Shown: positions 26,324-37,261 of the stretch, piece after piece | Layout: each line of letters starts with the position of its first letter | Numbering within the stretch: position 1 is the stretch's first letter | DNA from: Narcine bancroftii | Taxonomy: Eukaryota | NCBI RefSeq assembly: GCF_036971445.1 | Contig: NC_091480.1 | Span: 25,358,001-25,422,000, forward strand | DNA length: 64,000 bases | Direction of reading: 5' to 3' | The notes under the pieces: generated by a model | What the model was told of the DNA's origin: nothing | Databases searched by the model: none | What the model saw: only the letters and a program-made list of their open reading frames with translations | Position numbers and translations under genes: made by a program

Positions 26324-26921
26324 CAGCCATTCTCATTGTGGGGCCATACATCCCCTTTAGGGCCACAACACATTTCAGGAGGTCAGATTTATTGTCAGAG
26401 GACATACATGACATCACACAATGCTGAGATACCTTTTTCCTGCAAGCATGACAGAATTACCACTAATTGGTAGTGAAAAAAATAAACTGTACACAGTGCA
26501 AAACATGTAAACAAGCACTGTAAACAACCTAGTGCAATACAGAGAGAAGAATAAAATCAATAAAAGTGGACAAGTAAGAGTCCTTAAATGAGTCCCTGAT
26601 TGAGTTTGTCATTGAGGATGGTGGAGGGGTAGCAGCAGTTCCTGAACCTGGTGGTACGTCTTGTGGCACCTAGACCTCTTTCCTGATGGCAGCAGTGAGA
26701 ACAGAGCTTGTGCTGGGTGGTGAGGGTCTTTGATGATTGCTGCTGCTTTCCAACTGCAGAGCTAGAAATCTTAAATTTTTTAAAAATGTTTTAAATATAG
26801 TCAGTAGGAGAGACAAGCAAAAGAGACTAACTAAACTTAACTGGTTTACAGGGAAAGGGGCCAATAATCTTTGTGCATTGTCTTAAGAGGGCCATAGCCA
26901 AATCAAGGTTGAGAATGGCTG
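26324..26921 (+). mobile_element. hAT-type MITE copy 3, containing a Rex-LINE 3' tail (about 26384-26757, minus)
   Basis: Perfect 12-bp TIR cagccattctca/tgagaatggctg and perfect 8-bp TSD tcataaac (26316-23 and 26922-29). Confidence 0.85.
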
Positions 26922-27374
26922 TCATAAACCATCAACTAAATTTTGTCCAACCCAATGGACTACACTCCATAATAATTGTCCAACACAATTTTGAAGGAGA
27001 AAATAAGGCAATTAACACAGGAATAAAAAAATCAAAGCATCTGTCACAAGGAGAAATTATTCTGCATGCACAACAGGGTTTGTATTTTGAAACTTACAGT
27101 TCATCAGAGATAAGGAGGTATTCGTAAGAATTACTTAGAGGAAAATGGAGAGAAATTAAATGATGTCATCAATGGACATTTCATCCCAACAAGATATATC
27201 CAAGAGAATAAGAAAGATTAGCCAAACCTCACTCCAACTCCAGATGAAACCCCTATCACAGGCAGGAAGGAGTCTGACAAGTTGAAGAGCAGAAGAGAGA
27301 TGGAGAGACAAATGGCTTGCAGCCAGGACCACAGCCTGAAGGAGCAGGTTATAGTCTTTCAGAAGGAGTGCAGA

Positions 27375-27975
27375 GCTCACCTTCCAGTCTGCATCACAGT
27401 ACTGAGGTGGAGATAGTACAAAGCTTCAAATTCCCACAAGTAAATATCTTCAGTGATTTAACCTGGTTTACCCTGTGGATAGAGGGGAACCACCTCCTCC
27501 ACTTCTTTAAAGGCCTGAAGAACTTCAGAATGTCACCCGGATACCTTAACAACTTTGACATATTACCCATTGAAAGCCTCCTTCGGTGGTACAGGAACTG
27601 CTTCACCCAAGACCAGAAGAAACGGAGGAGGGTTGTGAACGTGGTTCTAGCCACCACACATACACCTCTCACTCCTTCAACGCCATATGTGCCTCCCATT
27701 GGCTTGGAAAAGCAGCCTACATATTAAAAGACTCACTCTATACCAACCACAGAAGATTCACAAGTGTGTGCTCAGACATCATCAAATTCAAGGACAGTTT
27801 CTTTCCTACTGTTATCAGACTCCTGAATGGAATGCCTGAATAGAAATGACATTGCCTTTGATCTTACCAATTGGTCTCTCTTTGTAACTACTTTTCTAAA
27901 ATGTTTTTTTTAATTATTGTTCAATGGATGAGGTGTCTACTTGCAAAATAAACTTAGTACATGTGACGATAAATT
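27375..27975 (+). mobile_element. Rex1/Babar-type LINE 3' remnant
   Basis: VEIVQSFKF..VNIFSDLTW, then FKDSFFPTVIRLLN. Confidence 0.65.
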
Positions 27976-29284
27976 TGCATGAGAAAGTCTTTAATCTTAT
28001 CAAGTTCAAGTCTATTCAGAAGGATCAGTGAGGTTCTAATTCAAGTCTGAGACAGAGAACATGAGATGATGCTAGTTCAATTGTCATACACACAAGTATA
28101 ATACATAGATGCACCAAATTCTTACTTGCTATAGCAACACACAGATCATTACAGAGAAGGGTGATACTTTTTCGATGTCTTGTGAATTCACAATAAGATC
28201 AGCACAAAGATGTCAATGTGCAGAATTCAGTAGTCCTGTTTTTTTTCCCCAAGAAAGGAAGCTATATGATAATCAATGGTGATCAACGATCAATGCTGTC
28301 ACGCCTTCAAGGATTGTGTCTTTTAATTTACTGCTCTGTCAGTCGTAATCAACTTTTGTACAAGATTGGAGAGGCAGCCCGAGATGAGTAAAATTTTGCT
28401 CAGGTTTAAAAGAAAAATCCATATCTGATCACAGCCAATTCAAGCACAACAGTTGATTCTGTCAGATTCAGGATGCCAGGCATTGGCTCAGCTCACTGGG
28501 GAATTCATAACTTTGCTTCTACTTTAATTGTGTTGAATGAACTTAACTAGGAATGCATTCTTGATCTATTACAACAAATCTTTGCACATTTTCAAGTCAG
28601 TGAAAACATTTGTTCCAGTTCCTAATGCCTAACCCTACATTCATCAGTGGAAGTTAAAGATCCATTTAATGTTTTAGTTTACTTCTATATCAAGTGTTAA
28701 TTTCAGATAAACCTGAACACAATAAGTTAGATGATTAACAGAAACCAACTGCTTGTTGAAGGCCTGGTGTTTTTTTTTCCAAAAAAAATTGGCAAACACA
28801 CGGAGTTCTGTGCCGAACATGTTAATACCCACGCTTGACAGACCAGATCACAGGTTTGCAGGCTCCAGGAGAGAAGCAGACCCCATTTCGGGTACCAGAG
28901 TGGGAGAACACCATTGAGGAAGTGGGGTTGGAGACCACAGCATCAGTCGGGTTAGGGACTCGGCATCACTCCAGGCTGCGGTTGATGAAATCAGGGACTT
29001 GGACCGGGAATCACGGGGATGCCAAAGGCTTTGATTTTGGGGGTCCGGAGCACCTCGTAGCCCGCCTACACCTGGGATTGTCTGATCTCAGGAGCTAAGC
29101 CTGGTCAGTACTGTGGGGGAACACCAGGTGCTGGAGGTTTCTGTGAGGGCCACTGGACAAAGTGGCGACTCTGCCTGCCTGGCGGTGGGGCAAAAGTTGA
29201 AGAATTTCATGTAGGTCACATTCTAAATGCAGCGTTGCGTGACACTAATGGAGCATCGGAGTTAGCAGGGTGCCAGGACACTCC

Positions 29285-30075
29285 AGGGACCCTCTTTTGC
29301 TTCCCCCCCCCCCCCGGGACCCTCTTGTGCACCCCCCCGGGACCCTCTTGTGCACCCCCCGGGACCCTCTTGTGCACCCCCCCGGGACCCTCTTGTGCAC
29401 CCCCCCGGGACCCTCTTGTGCACCCCCCCGGGACCCTCTTGTGCACCCCCCCGGGACCCTCTTGTGCACCCCCCCGGGACCCTCTTGTGCACCCCCCCGG
29501 GACCCTCTTGTGCACCCCCCCGGGACCCTCTTGTGCACCCCCCCGGGACCCTCTTGTGCACCCCCCCGGGACCCTCTTGTGCACCCCCCCGGGACCCTCT
29601 TGTGCACCCCCCCGGGACCCTCTTGTGCACCCCCCCGGGACCCTCTTGTGCACCCCCCCGGGACCCTCTTGTGCACCCCCCCGGGACCCTCTTGTGCACC
29701 CCCCCGGGACCCTCTTGTGCACCCCCCGGGACCCTCTTGTGCACCCCCCCGGGACCCTCTTGTGCACCCCCCCCGGGACCCTCTTGTGCACCCCCCCCCG
29801 GGACCCTCTTGTGCACCCCCCCCCGGGACCCTCTTGTGCACCCCCCCCGGGACCCTCTTGTGCACCCCCCCGGGACCCTCTTGTGCACCCCCCCGGGACC
29901 CTCTTGTGCACCCCCCGGGACCCTCTTGTGCACCCCCCCGGGACCCTCTTGTGCACCCCCCCCGGGACCCTCTTGTGCACCCCCCCGGGACCCTCTTGTG
30001 CACCCCCCCGGGACCCTCTTGTGCACCCCCCGGGACCTTCTTTTGCTTCCCCCTCCTCCGGGACCCTCTTTTGCA
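29285..30075. repeat. About 23-bp GC-rich minisatellite gggaccctcttgtgca(c)6-9, roughly 33 copies
   Basis: Seen directly. The core is invariant, only the C-run length varies, and the terminal units are diverged (ctcttttgcttcccc). Confidence 0.95.
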
Positions 30076-30099
30076 TCCCCCCAAGAAAAGACCATGGGG

Positions 30100-30540
30100 T
30101 TTGATCGCCAGTCGGTGCCTCGCCTCTTGCCCCCTCACCTGCGTTCTTGCCCTTTGCTGCGGACTCGGATCCGGCTCCACTCCCATTGCCTGTCGCTCGC
30201 ACGTGGCGAGCTTCCTCCTGCCCGCTTCACGTTGCCTTTTCCTCTCTTTGGGCATCTCGGGGGCCAACAATAACACTTATTTTAACTCATCTCCTGAAAG
30301 AGACAGCAGCGGTTTCCTTCCGGCCCGCACTCCGCCACAGCGACCGGCGAGCCGTCCACGTGGGTCTCAAACCCCACACCCCCTCGTCCCGCCCTCTTCC
30401 ACCGGATTGGACGCAGGGACTCCGGCGGACGCGCCTCTCATTGGAGCGCGTCCCTGTCCCTCACAGGCCGGTGGCTCCGTCACGCCGGGAAGGAGGGCGG
30501 ACGGCGCCTGCGCCCGGCCGTGGGGGTCCTGTGGGAAGGA
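30100..30540 (-). promoter_or_regulatory. CpG-island promoter
   Basis: High CpG density. Two CCAAT boxes on minus (attgg at 30406 and 30440), GC box cccgccc at about 30388, E-box cacgtg at 30357, ETS cttccgg at about 30317. Confidence 0.7.
30139..30255 (-). CDS. Putative first coding exon of the uncharacterised gene (MPKERKRQREAGRRKLATCERQAMGVEPDPSPQQRARTQ)
   Basis: ATG (gagATG) inside a CpG island, 39 codons, ending at a consensus donor CAG|gtgagg (phase 0). Confidence 0.6.
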
Positions 30541-31559
30541 AGGGTTGTACTCATTAGTTTCCCTTCTTTGATTCAAGTCCAGGGGGCAGCAAGATCTTGT
30601 AAGATGTAGGCTGAGGTTACTGAGTTTGATGAAACTTACATTCACTTTACTAAAACAAGGGATCAAAAAAGGGGATTTAGCCATGAACCTGAATCATCAT
30701 CTTTCTCCAAATGCCAAAGGGAGTCAAAGCAGGCAGGAGAGTCTGAAATGGAAAGGCAGGCTATTTTAAGGGAACATTCATGCTTTTTAAAAAAAACTGG
30801 AGTTAGGGGTAAGCTAGATTTCCACTCTTGTGAAATTCATGAGTTTTAAAATAACCAAAGTTATTTTAAACCAAACTAAGGTCAGTATTTTTTTATTGTG
30901 CATAAGTAAATGTTCAATTCCACATCATACGATGACGAATGGAAAACTTTCAAGGGATTGGATTAGGGTAACTGGATGTTTGATGGCGAGGCAGGCCTTG
31001 TGTCTGTGCCTAGTGATGCAAGGTGAATATTTGCTCTGATATGCTGTTCCACATTGGGTTTTTTTTTTGATTATCTCACAAATGCTCCAAAGTCCCTTGC
31101 TACTTAGACTATCTGGAGTTAAATTAGACAGCCTGCAGATGGTGGGGTTGAGTGCAATACACGCACCTATGGATACTGTGTGATCCGCTGAGCTTCTCCA
31201 GGACATTTGTGTATATCAAATATTCCATCCACCTTGCCATCTCAGTTTGAACCAGATTGTCTGCAATCTCAGAAGCTGACCACGATGAAAAACTATTTCC
31301 ATTACAGTGTATTGGGGAATAACAACTATTTTTGAAATGTACAGCAATAACAAGTAGAATGCTTTATTTCAGAATTGAAGCTTCCAGACTGTGAAACAAA
31401 TGTACAAGCTCATCAGAACTGTTGTCTGTAACTTTTTGAAATATTCATCCCCATCACCAATGTCCTTGTTGATTTCCAGTCCTACGTAAACTCCCAATTC
31501 AAATTCTACTCTTTAGATCACTCCATAAATTTATCTCTGTATCCTCCCACAATTTAAGC

Positions 31560-32015
31560 ATCTAGAGTATAGGGAGAGATTGGACAGATTAGGTCTTTAT
31601 TCTTTGGAGCGTAGAAGGTTGAGAGGGGATTTGATAGAAGTATTTAAGATTATGAAAGGGATACACAGTGGATGTGGATAGACTATTTCCGTTAAGAGGA
31701 GGAAAGATTAAAACAAGAGGACATGAGTTAAGAATTAAGGGGCAGAGGTTTAGAGGTAACATGAGGGGGAACTTCTTTACTCAGAGAGTGGAATGAGCTT
31801 CCGGGAGAAATAGTGGCGGCGGAGTCAATTGTATTATTTAAGAAAAGGTTGGACAGGATGAAAGGTTGGAAAGGTTGGATATGGATGAGAAGAAGATGGA
31901 GGGTTATGGGCATTGTGCAATGAGGTGGGACTAGAAAGGGGTGTTTGGTTCGGTGCAGACTAGAAGGGCCTAATGGCCTGTTTCCGTGCTGTAATTGTTA
32001 TGTTTATGTTTATAT
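31560..32015 (+). mobile_element. CR1 LINE 3' end
   Basis: Encodes YRERLDRLGLYSLERRRLRGDLIEVFKIMKG, with a (tatgtt)n tail. Confidence 0.85.
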
Positions 32016-32478
32016 TATTATATTTTTTGAATTTCATCTCATTCTGTTGCCTTGTTTGTCCTTGCGTTGCCTTTAGTCTCTTGCTCGAGCAGCAGTGTGC
32101 TAAACTGTTTTGCGTCTCCACAATTTCCTTCTGTGCTATCTGGTATGGCTGTAGATTCTTGACATCCATTTGTAGAGTTTGTAAGTACACATGAGTTCTA
32201 AGATGCTAATAATAAAGTGTGTTATCTTTAATCAAAGGCTCCTTGCAGGTTCTCTGGTATATTTTGTAAAATTTACAGCAGCTGGGAGAGTAGTTGGTCA
32301 AATATATAACATTTCTTTGTGACAGAGGCCATTCAATCCATTGACTCTGATGCTGGCTGTCATCTTACTGTATTTATTATGTTTCCCCAAACACAAACAA
32401 TTTTTCTTTTTACTGACTTTGATTCTTTATCAACCCATCCTTGACACTAGTCTCGAATATGTTCCCAGTGCGCGTAAC

Positions 32479-32572
32479 ACCTGCTATCAAGAAACATCAC
32501 AAGTCAAGTATTGAGAAAGGATGTTGGATTATTTGGGGGGGGGGGGGGGGAGGAGGAGTTTGGTCCAGCGAG
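32479..32572 (+). repeat. Dispersed duplicate of the SMCR8 proximal promoter segment 34701-34777
   Basis: acctgctatcaagaaacatcacaagtcaagtattgagaaagga...ttatttggg...ggaggagtttggtccagcgag occurs at both places. Confidence 0.9.
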
Positions 32573-33270
32573 TGTAGACACATGCATGAGACAGTGTGTC
32601 ATGCTTATTAGCATTCTACTTGTTATTGCTGTGTTCAAAGTGACTACATTTCAAAAATAGTTAATTTGCTGCAAACCACATTGTACTTAATAGTAAGAAT
32701 TGTAATCACTTTCATAATTATGGAATGATCAAAGCACATTAATTAATAGCATCACCATCCTGTTTTATCTGATTATCTGTGAAGAAATGTCAAGATTTTT
32801 TTGATGACCAAGGCATGAATTTGAACGTTGTCATCATATAAATTCAAAATCTGAACAGCAGATGTTTCCCTAACAAAATAAATGCTATTTAACTGGTACA
32901 TTGATTAGAGTATGTGGCACAGTTTGCACAGCCTAAATTCAATCCAGACCGAGGTTGCTCTCCAAGTGGAAAATTGCAAATTTTGGTTTACATCCACATA
33001 CCCAAGTATGTGCGAATAGCTGTGCCGAGTGGTCATCCAAGTTACCCCAAATTTAAATGTACGTGTTAGGAGAATTGAGAGAAATTGTTGATCTGAGAGA
33101 GAATGAATGGGGATTGGGAACATTGGGCTGAATAGCATCCTTCCATGTGGTCAAGAAAAAAAATAACTGATCATTTCAGGAAGGGGTAAAGAGGAATATG
33201 TAGCAAGGATATTTGCAGTGGTTTTTTTGAATTTTGGAGGCAAATAACTGCTTCTTCACTGGGCTAAACT

Positions 33271-34416
33271 CTTTCTTTGGCTTGGCTTTGTGGACGAAGA
33301 TTTCTTCTTTCTTCTTTGGCTTGGCTTCGCGGACGAAGATTTATGGAGGGGGTAAAAAGTCCACGTCAGCTGCAGGCTCGTTTGTGGCTGACAAGTCCGA
33401 TGCGGGACAGGCAGACACGGTTGCAGCGGTTGCAGGGGAAAATTGGTTGGTTGGGGTTGGGTGTTGGGTTTTTCCTCCTTTGTCTTTTGTCAGTGAGGTG
33501 GGCTCTGCGGTCTTCTTCAAAGGAGGTTGCTGCCCGCCAAACTGTGAGGCGCCAAGATGCACGGTTTGAGGCGTTATCAGCCCACTGGCGGTGGTCAATG
33601 TGGCAGGCACCAAGAGATTTCTTTAGGCAGTCCTTGTACCTTTTCTTTGGTGCACCTCTGTCACGGTGGCCAGTGGAGAGCTCGCCATATAACACGATCT
33701 TGGGAAGGCGATGGTCCTCCATTCTGGAGACGTGACCCATCCAGCGCAGCTGGATCTTCAGCAGCGTGGACTCGATGCTGTCGACCTCTGCCATCTCGAG
33801 TACTTCGACGTTAGGGATGAAAGCGCTCCAATGGATGTTGAGGATGGGGCGGAGACAACGCTGGTGGAAGCGTTCTAGGAGCCGTAGGACGAAGATTTAT
33901 GGAGGGGGTAAATGCAGGCTTGTTTGTGGCTGACAAGTCCGATGCGGGACAGGCAGACACGGTTGCAGCGGTTGCAGGGGAAAATTGGTTGGTTGGGGTT
34001 GGGTGTTGGGTTTTTCCTCCTTTGCCTTTTGTCAGTGAGGTGGGCTCTGCGGTCTTCTTCAAAGGAGGTTGCTGCCCGCCAAACTGTGAGGCGCCAAGAT
34101 GCACAGTTTGAGGCGTTATCAGCCCACTGGCGGTGGTCGATGTGGCAGGCACCAAGAGATTTCTTTAGGCAGTCCTTGTACCTCTTCTTTGGTGCACCTC
34201 TGTCACGGTGGCCAGTGGAGAGCTCGCCATATAACACGATCTTGGGAAGGCGATGGTCCTCCATTCTGGAGACGTGACCCACCCAGCGCAGCTGGATCTT
34301 CAGCAGCGTGGACTCGATGCTGTCGACCTCTGCCATCTCGAGTACTTCGACGTTAGGGATGAAAGCGCTCCAGTGAATGTTGAGGATGGAGCGGAGACAA
34401 CGCTGGTGGAAGCGTT
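33271..34416 (-). mobile_element. RTE-BovB LINE concatemer (three 3' ends in tandem)
   Basis: ORF end QLRW.GHVSRMEDHRLPKIVLYGELSTGHRDRGAPKKRYKDCLK occurs twice (33366-33794 and 33875-34336), plus a roughly 32-bp tail stub at 33272-33303. Flanked by ctaaact. Confidence 0.9.
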
Positions 34417-34599
34417 CTAAACTATTATTATAATTGTTATTAAAACTATTATAATTATTAGAATGAAACGATCACCTCCAATCACAGGAGCTTGTCTGCG
34501 CGTTCGAGAATGGGTTGGTAGATTTACTGAGCAGTTCAGATGCACTCAGTAGGTGTGTGTGTGTCTTCCAGGAAGCAGCAACTCCAATTGTTGAGGATG

Positions 34600-34898
34600 T
34601 GAGGCATTCTGGGTATTGTAGTTTTTAGTAAGATCCTCCAAACTACATCTTCCAGCACATTTCACCCCCCCCCCCCTTCCCCCGAGTATCAAATAATTTT
34701 ACCTGCTATCAAGAAACATCACAAGTCAAGTATTGAGAAAGGATTATTTGGGTGGGGGAGGAGTTTGGTCCAGCGAGAGCGTGACGCTCACTTCCGGTCA
34801 CGGCTCGCGTCATCGGGAAACAAGATGGTGGCCTGTGGTGAGGTGCGGGCGTCGCTTTCCTTTCTGGCCTCAGCCTCCGGGTCCGGGACGGCCGAAAT
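34600..34898 (+). promoter_or_regulatory. SMCR8 promoter and 5' UTR
   Basis: Divergent ZNF143/ACTACA motifs (gcattctgggtattgtagtt at about 34605 and aactacatcttccagca at about 34641), ETS cacttccggt at about 34789, YY1-like caagatgg at 34821. CpG-rich. Confidence 0.7.
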
Positions 34899-34902
34899 AT
34901 GA
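34825..34902 (+). other. 25-aa upstream ORF whose TGA overlaps the SMCR8 ATG (ATGA)
   Basis: aagATGg...GAA ATA TGA encodes MVACGEVRASLSFLASASGSGTAEI*. Confidence 0.5.
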
Positions 34903-37261
34903 TCGCTGCCCCCGATGTCGTGGCTCTCACTCGCGAGGACGACCATGGGGAGCGGTCCGGCGAAGGGCCGGCAGCCCATTTCCCGTTTCCACCTGAAAAC
35001 CCCTGGTCCAAGACGGCCACGGCTAAATTCGAGAAGGATTTCATTCTGATTTCCGAGTTTTCCGAGCAGGTAGGCCCTCAGCCTTTGTTAACGATCCCGG
35101 ACAATGCCCGCGGTAACTTTGATCTCAACTATTTCTCTCTCAGGATCATGTCTGTCGATTATCAAGCTTCTTTTGTGGGGCACCCTCCCGGGACGAGTTA
35201 TCCCAAGCTCAACTTCGTGGAAGACTCCAAGGTGGTGCTGGGGGACTCGAAGGAGGGGGCTTTCGCTTACGTTCATCACTTGACCCTCTATGACTTGGAG
35301 GCGAGGGGCTTCGTCAGGCCGTTCTGCGTGGCCTACATCTCCACGGATGAAAACAAGATCATGCAGCAATTCCAAGAACTTTCGGGTGACTTTTCCAAAG
35401 CCTCCGAATGTTTAAAAACCGGGAACAGAAAGGCGTTTGCCAATGAACTGGAGAAGAAATTAAAGGACCTCGAGTATACCCGGAATGTGTTACATCAGGA
35501 AACGGAAATCCAAAAGAAATCTAACGATAAAGGATATTACTCCTCAGTAGCAATAGAAAAGGCCAATGAGCTAGCCAATGTAGAAAAGTGTATAATTGAG
35601 CATCAAGATCTCTTAATGCAGATCAGAAATTATTCGTACAAAAAGACGAGAGATGGGGACTATTTTTCTTATGAACCAGAAAATGATCTGGATCCCTCGG
35701 ACTCTGGGCTCGAGCAATTACAATTGTGTGAAAAAGTGAGCTTTTCCGACAGAAAATCTTACATACCCAAATTCACAAAAGCTAAATCAGCAAAATGCTT
35801 CGAAAAGAAACTGAAGACCTTAGAAGAGCTTTGTGACAGTTATTTTTTTAATCGGACATTAGAACAACTTCGACGGGTGGAAAAATTTTTCAGAGGGGAT
35901 GTATGCTATCTCATGACCAGTCAAATTGAAAAATCACTTCTCCAGCAGCAACAAACCACTTCTTTTCTCTTTGAAGACCCACTCCTCTTCACTGGTGAAG
36001 GAAAGACTGAAAAGGAACAGCACAGTGAAAAACCACAGTCTGGTTTTCATATCAATCCTAAGGTTTTGAACCATTCTTGCCTATCAACTGAATCCACCGG
36101 CTTTGAGTCATTCAAGTCTTGTGTGGAGTCTGTAGCTATTAAACTGGATCAGCAAATCAGTGTTGAGAGTTATCATGAGACGATGGCTGATACCATTCCA
36201 AGCAAAAATCACCTCGGAACCTCAGATTATCTTGAATTAGAAGGAAAAGAGAAAGGAAGTATCAGTAGTGGTGAAAGCATTGAAGTCCTGGGAACAGAAA
36301 AGTCCTGCTCGCCTCTAACGTTGTTATCCAAATCTGAAAGTCAAACAAACTCACAGAGCCACCATCCAGAATTTGTGCGGAGGAAATTTGTACGTGCCAG
36401 GCGGACAAACAGCGAGGACAGCATTGAAGTTCTAAGTACCACTGAACCTCTTCTACCTGAGGACCTTAAGCCTGTCTATCCAACTGCAATACATGAAGAA
36501 GAACCACCTTCAGATCATAAAGAAATAAGGTTGAGCAGAGGTCTTGTGCAACCTGATACAAATCTGAACCATACTGATGAATTTGGCAATATAAGTTTTG
36601 AAAATAGAACCATAACCTTGTCTGGTTTGTATGAGCCTGTTGACCCTTCTTGTTGTATTGGGAAAGAAAGTCCAAACTTTACAAAGTCAGTACCTACATT
36701 TATAACTGAAGAATACAATGATGGAGTAGTCAATGTTCCACCACAACGTAGTAAAACCATAGGTCAGATATTCCACAGTGATTGCCTCGAGCAAGTTGAT
36801 GGAGGTGGACTATACAACGCTGCAGACCAAGTCTTCTTCCCTTGTGAAAAAGAATATAATGATCTACCCGATAATGAAGAAACAAATCAAATTCAAGTGG
36901 ATGAGTATATGGACAACATGAGTTCTATTAGTGCATCTTTATACTCTGATCGGACCCCTTCTCCAGCCATCCCAATCAATCCATCACTGAGACACTCTGG
37001 AAAATTCAAGAAGAATTCAGGGAAGAATTCCTTGTGGTTTATACGGCAATACTCTTTTGCACAGCAGGCAATATTTTCATTATTGTCTGGACGGACTCTT
37101 GTAGTAGTTGGTGAGCAGGAAGGAAAAGTCAAGAAGCTTATCAATGCCTTATCTATATTTGTACCCAGTAATGGTAAGGATGCAGATCCTGTAAAGCAAT
37201 GGATAACTTCCCCTTTGCACGTCACTGAATTGCAGACCTGGAAACTCATTGGACTTCAGAG
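34899..37261 (+). CDS. SMCR8: SMCR8 (C9orf72 complex subunit, longin/DENN), coding exon 1
   Basis: MIAAPDVVA..., KDFILISEFSEQVGPQPLLTIP, FDLNYFSLRIMSVDYQASFVGHPPG and YVHHLTLYDLEARGFVRPFC. Donor CAG AG|gtgtgt, phase 2. Confidence 0.97.

Noticed and set aside
29216-30571. Six long (277-433 aa) ORFs in all frames
   Set aside because: Artefact of a stop-free GC-rich minisatellite. Only 30139-30255 (minus), which ends at a splice donor, is retained as a candidate exon.
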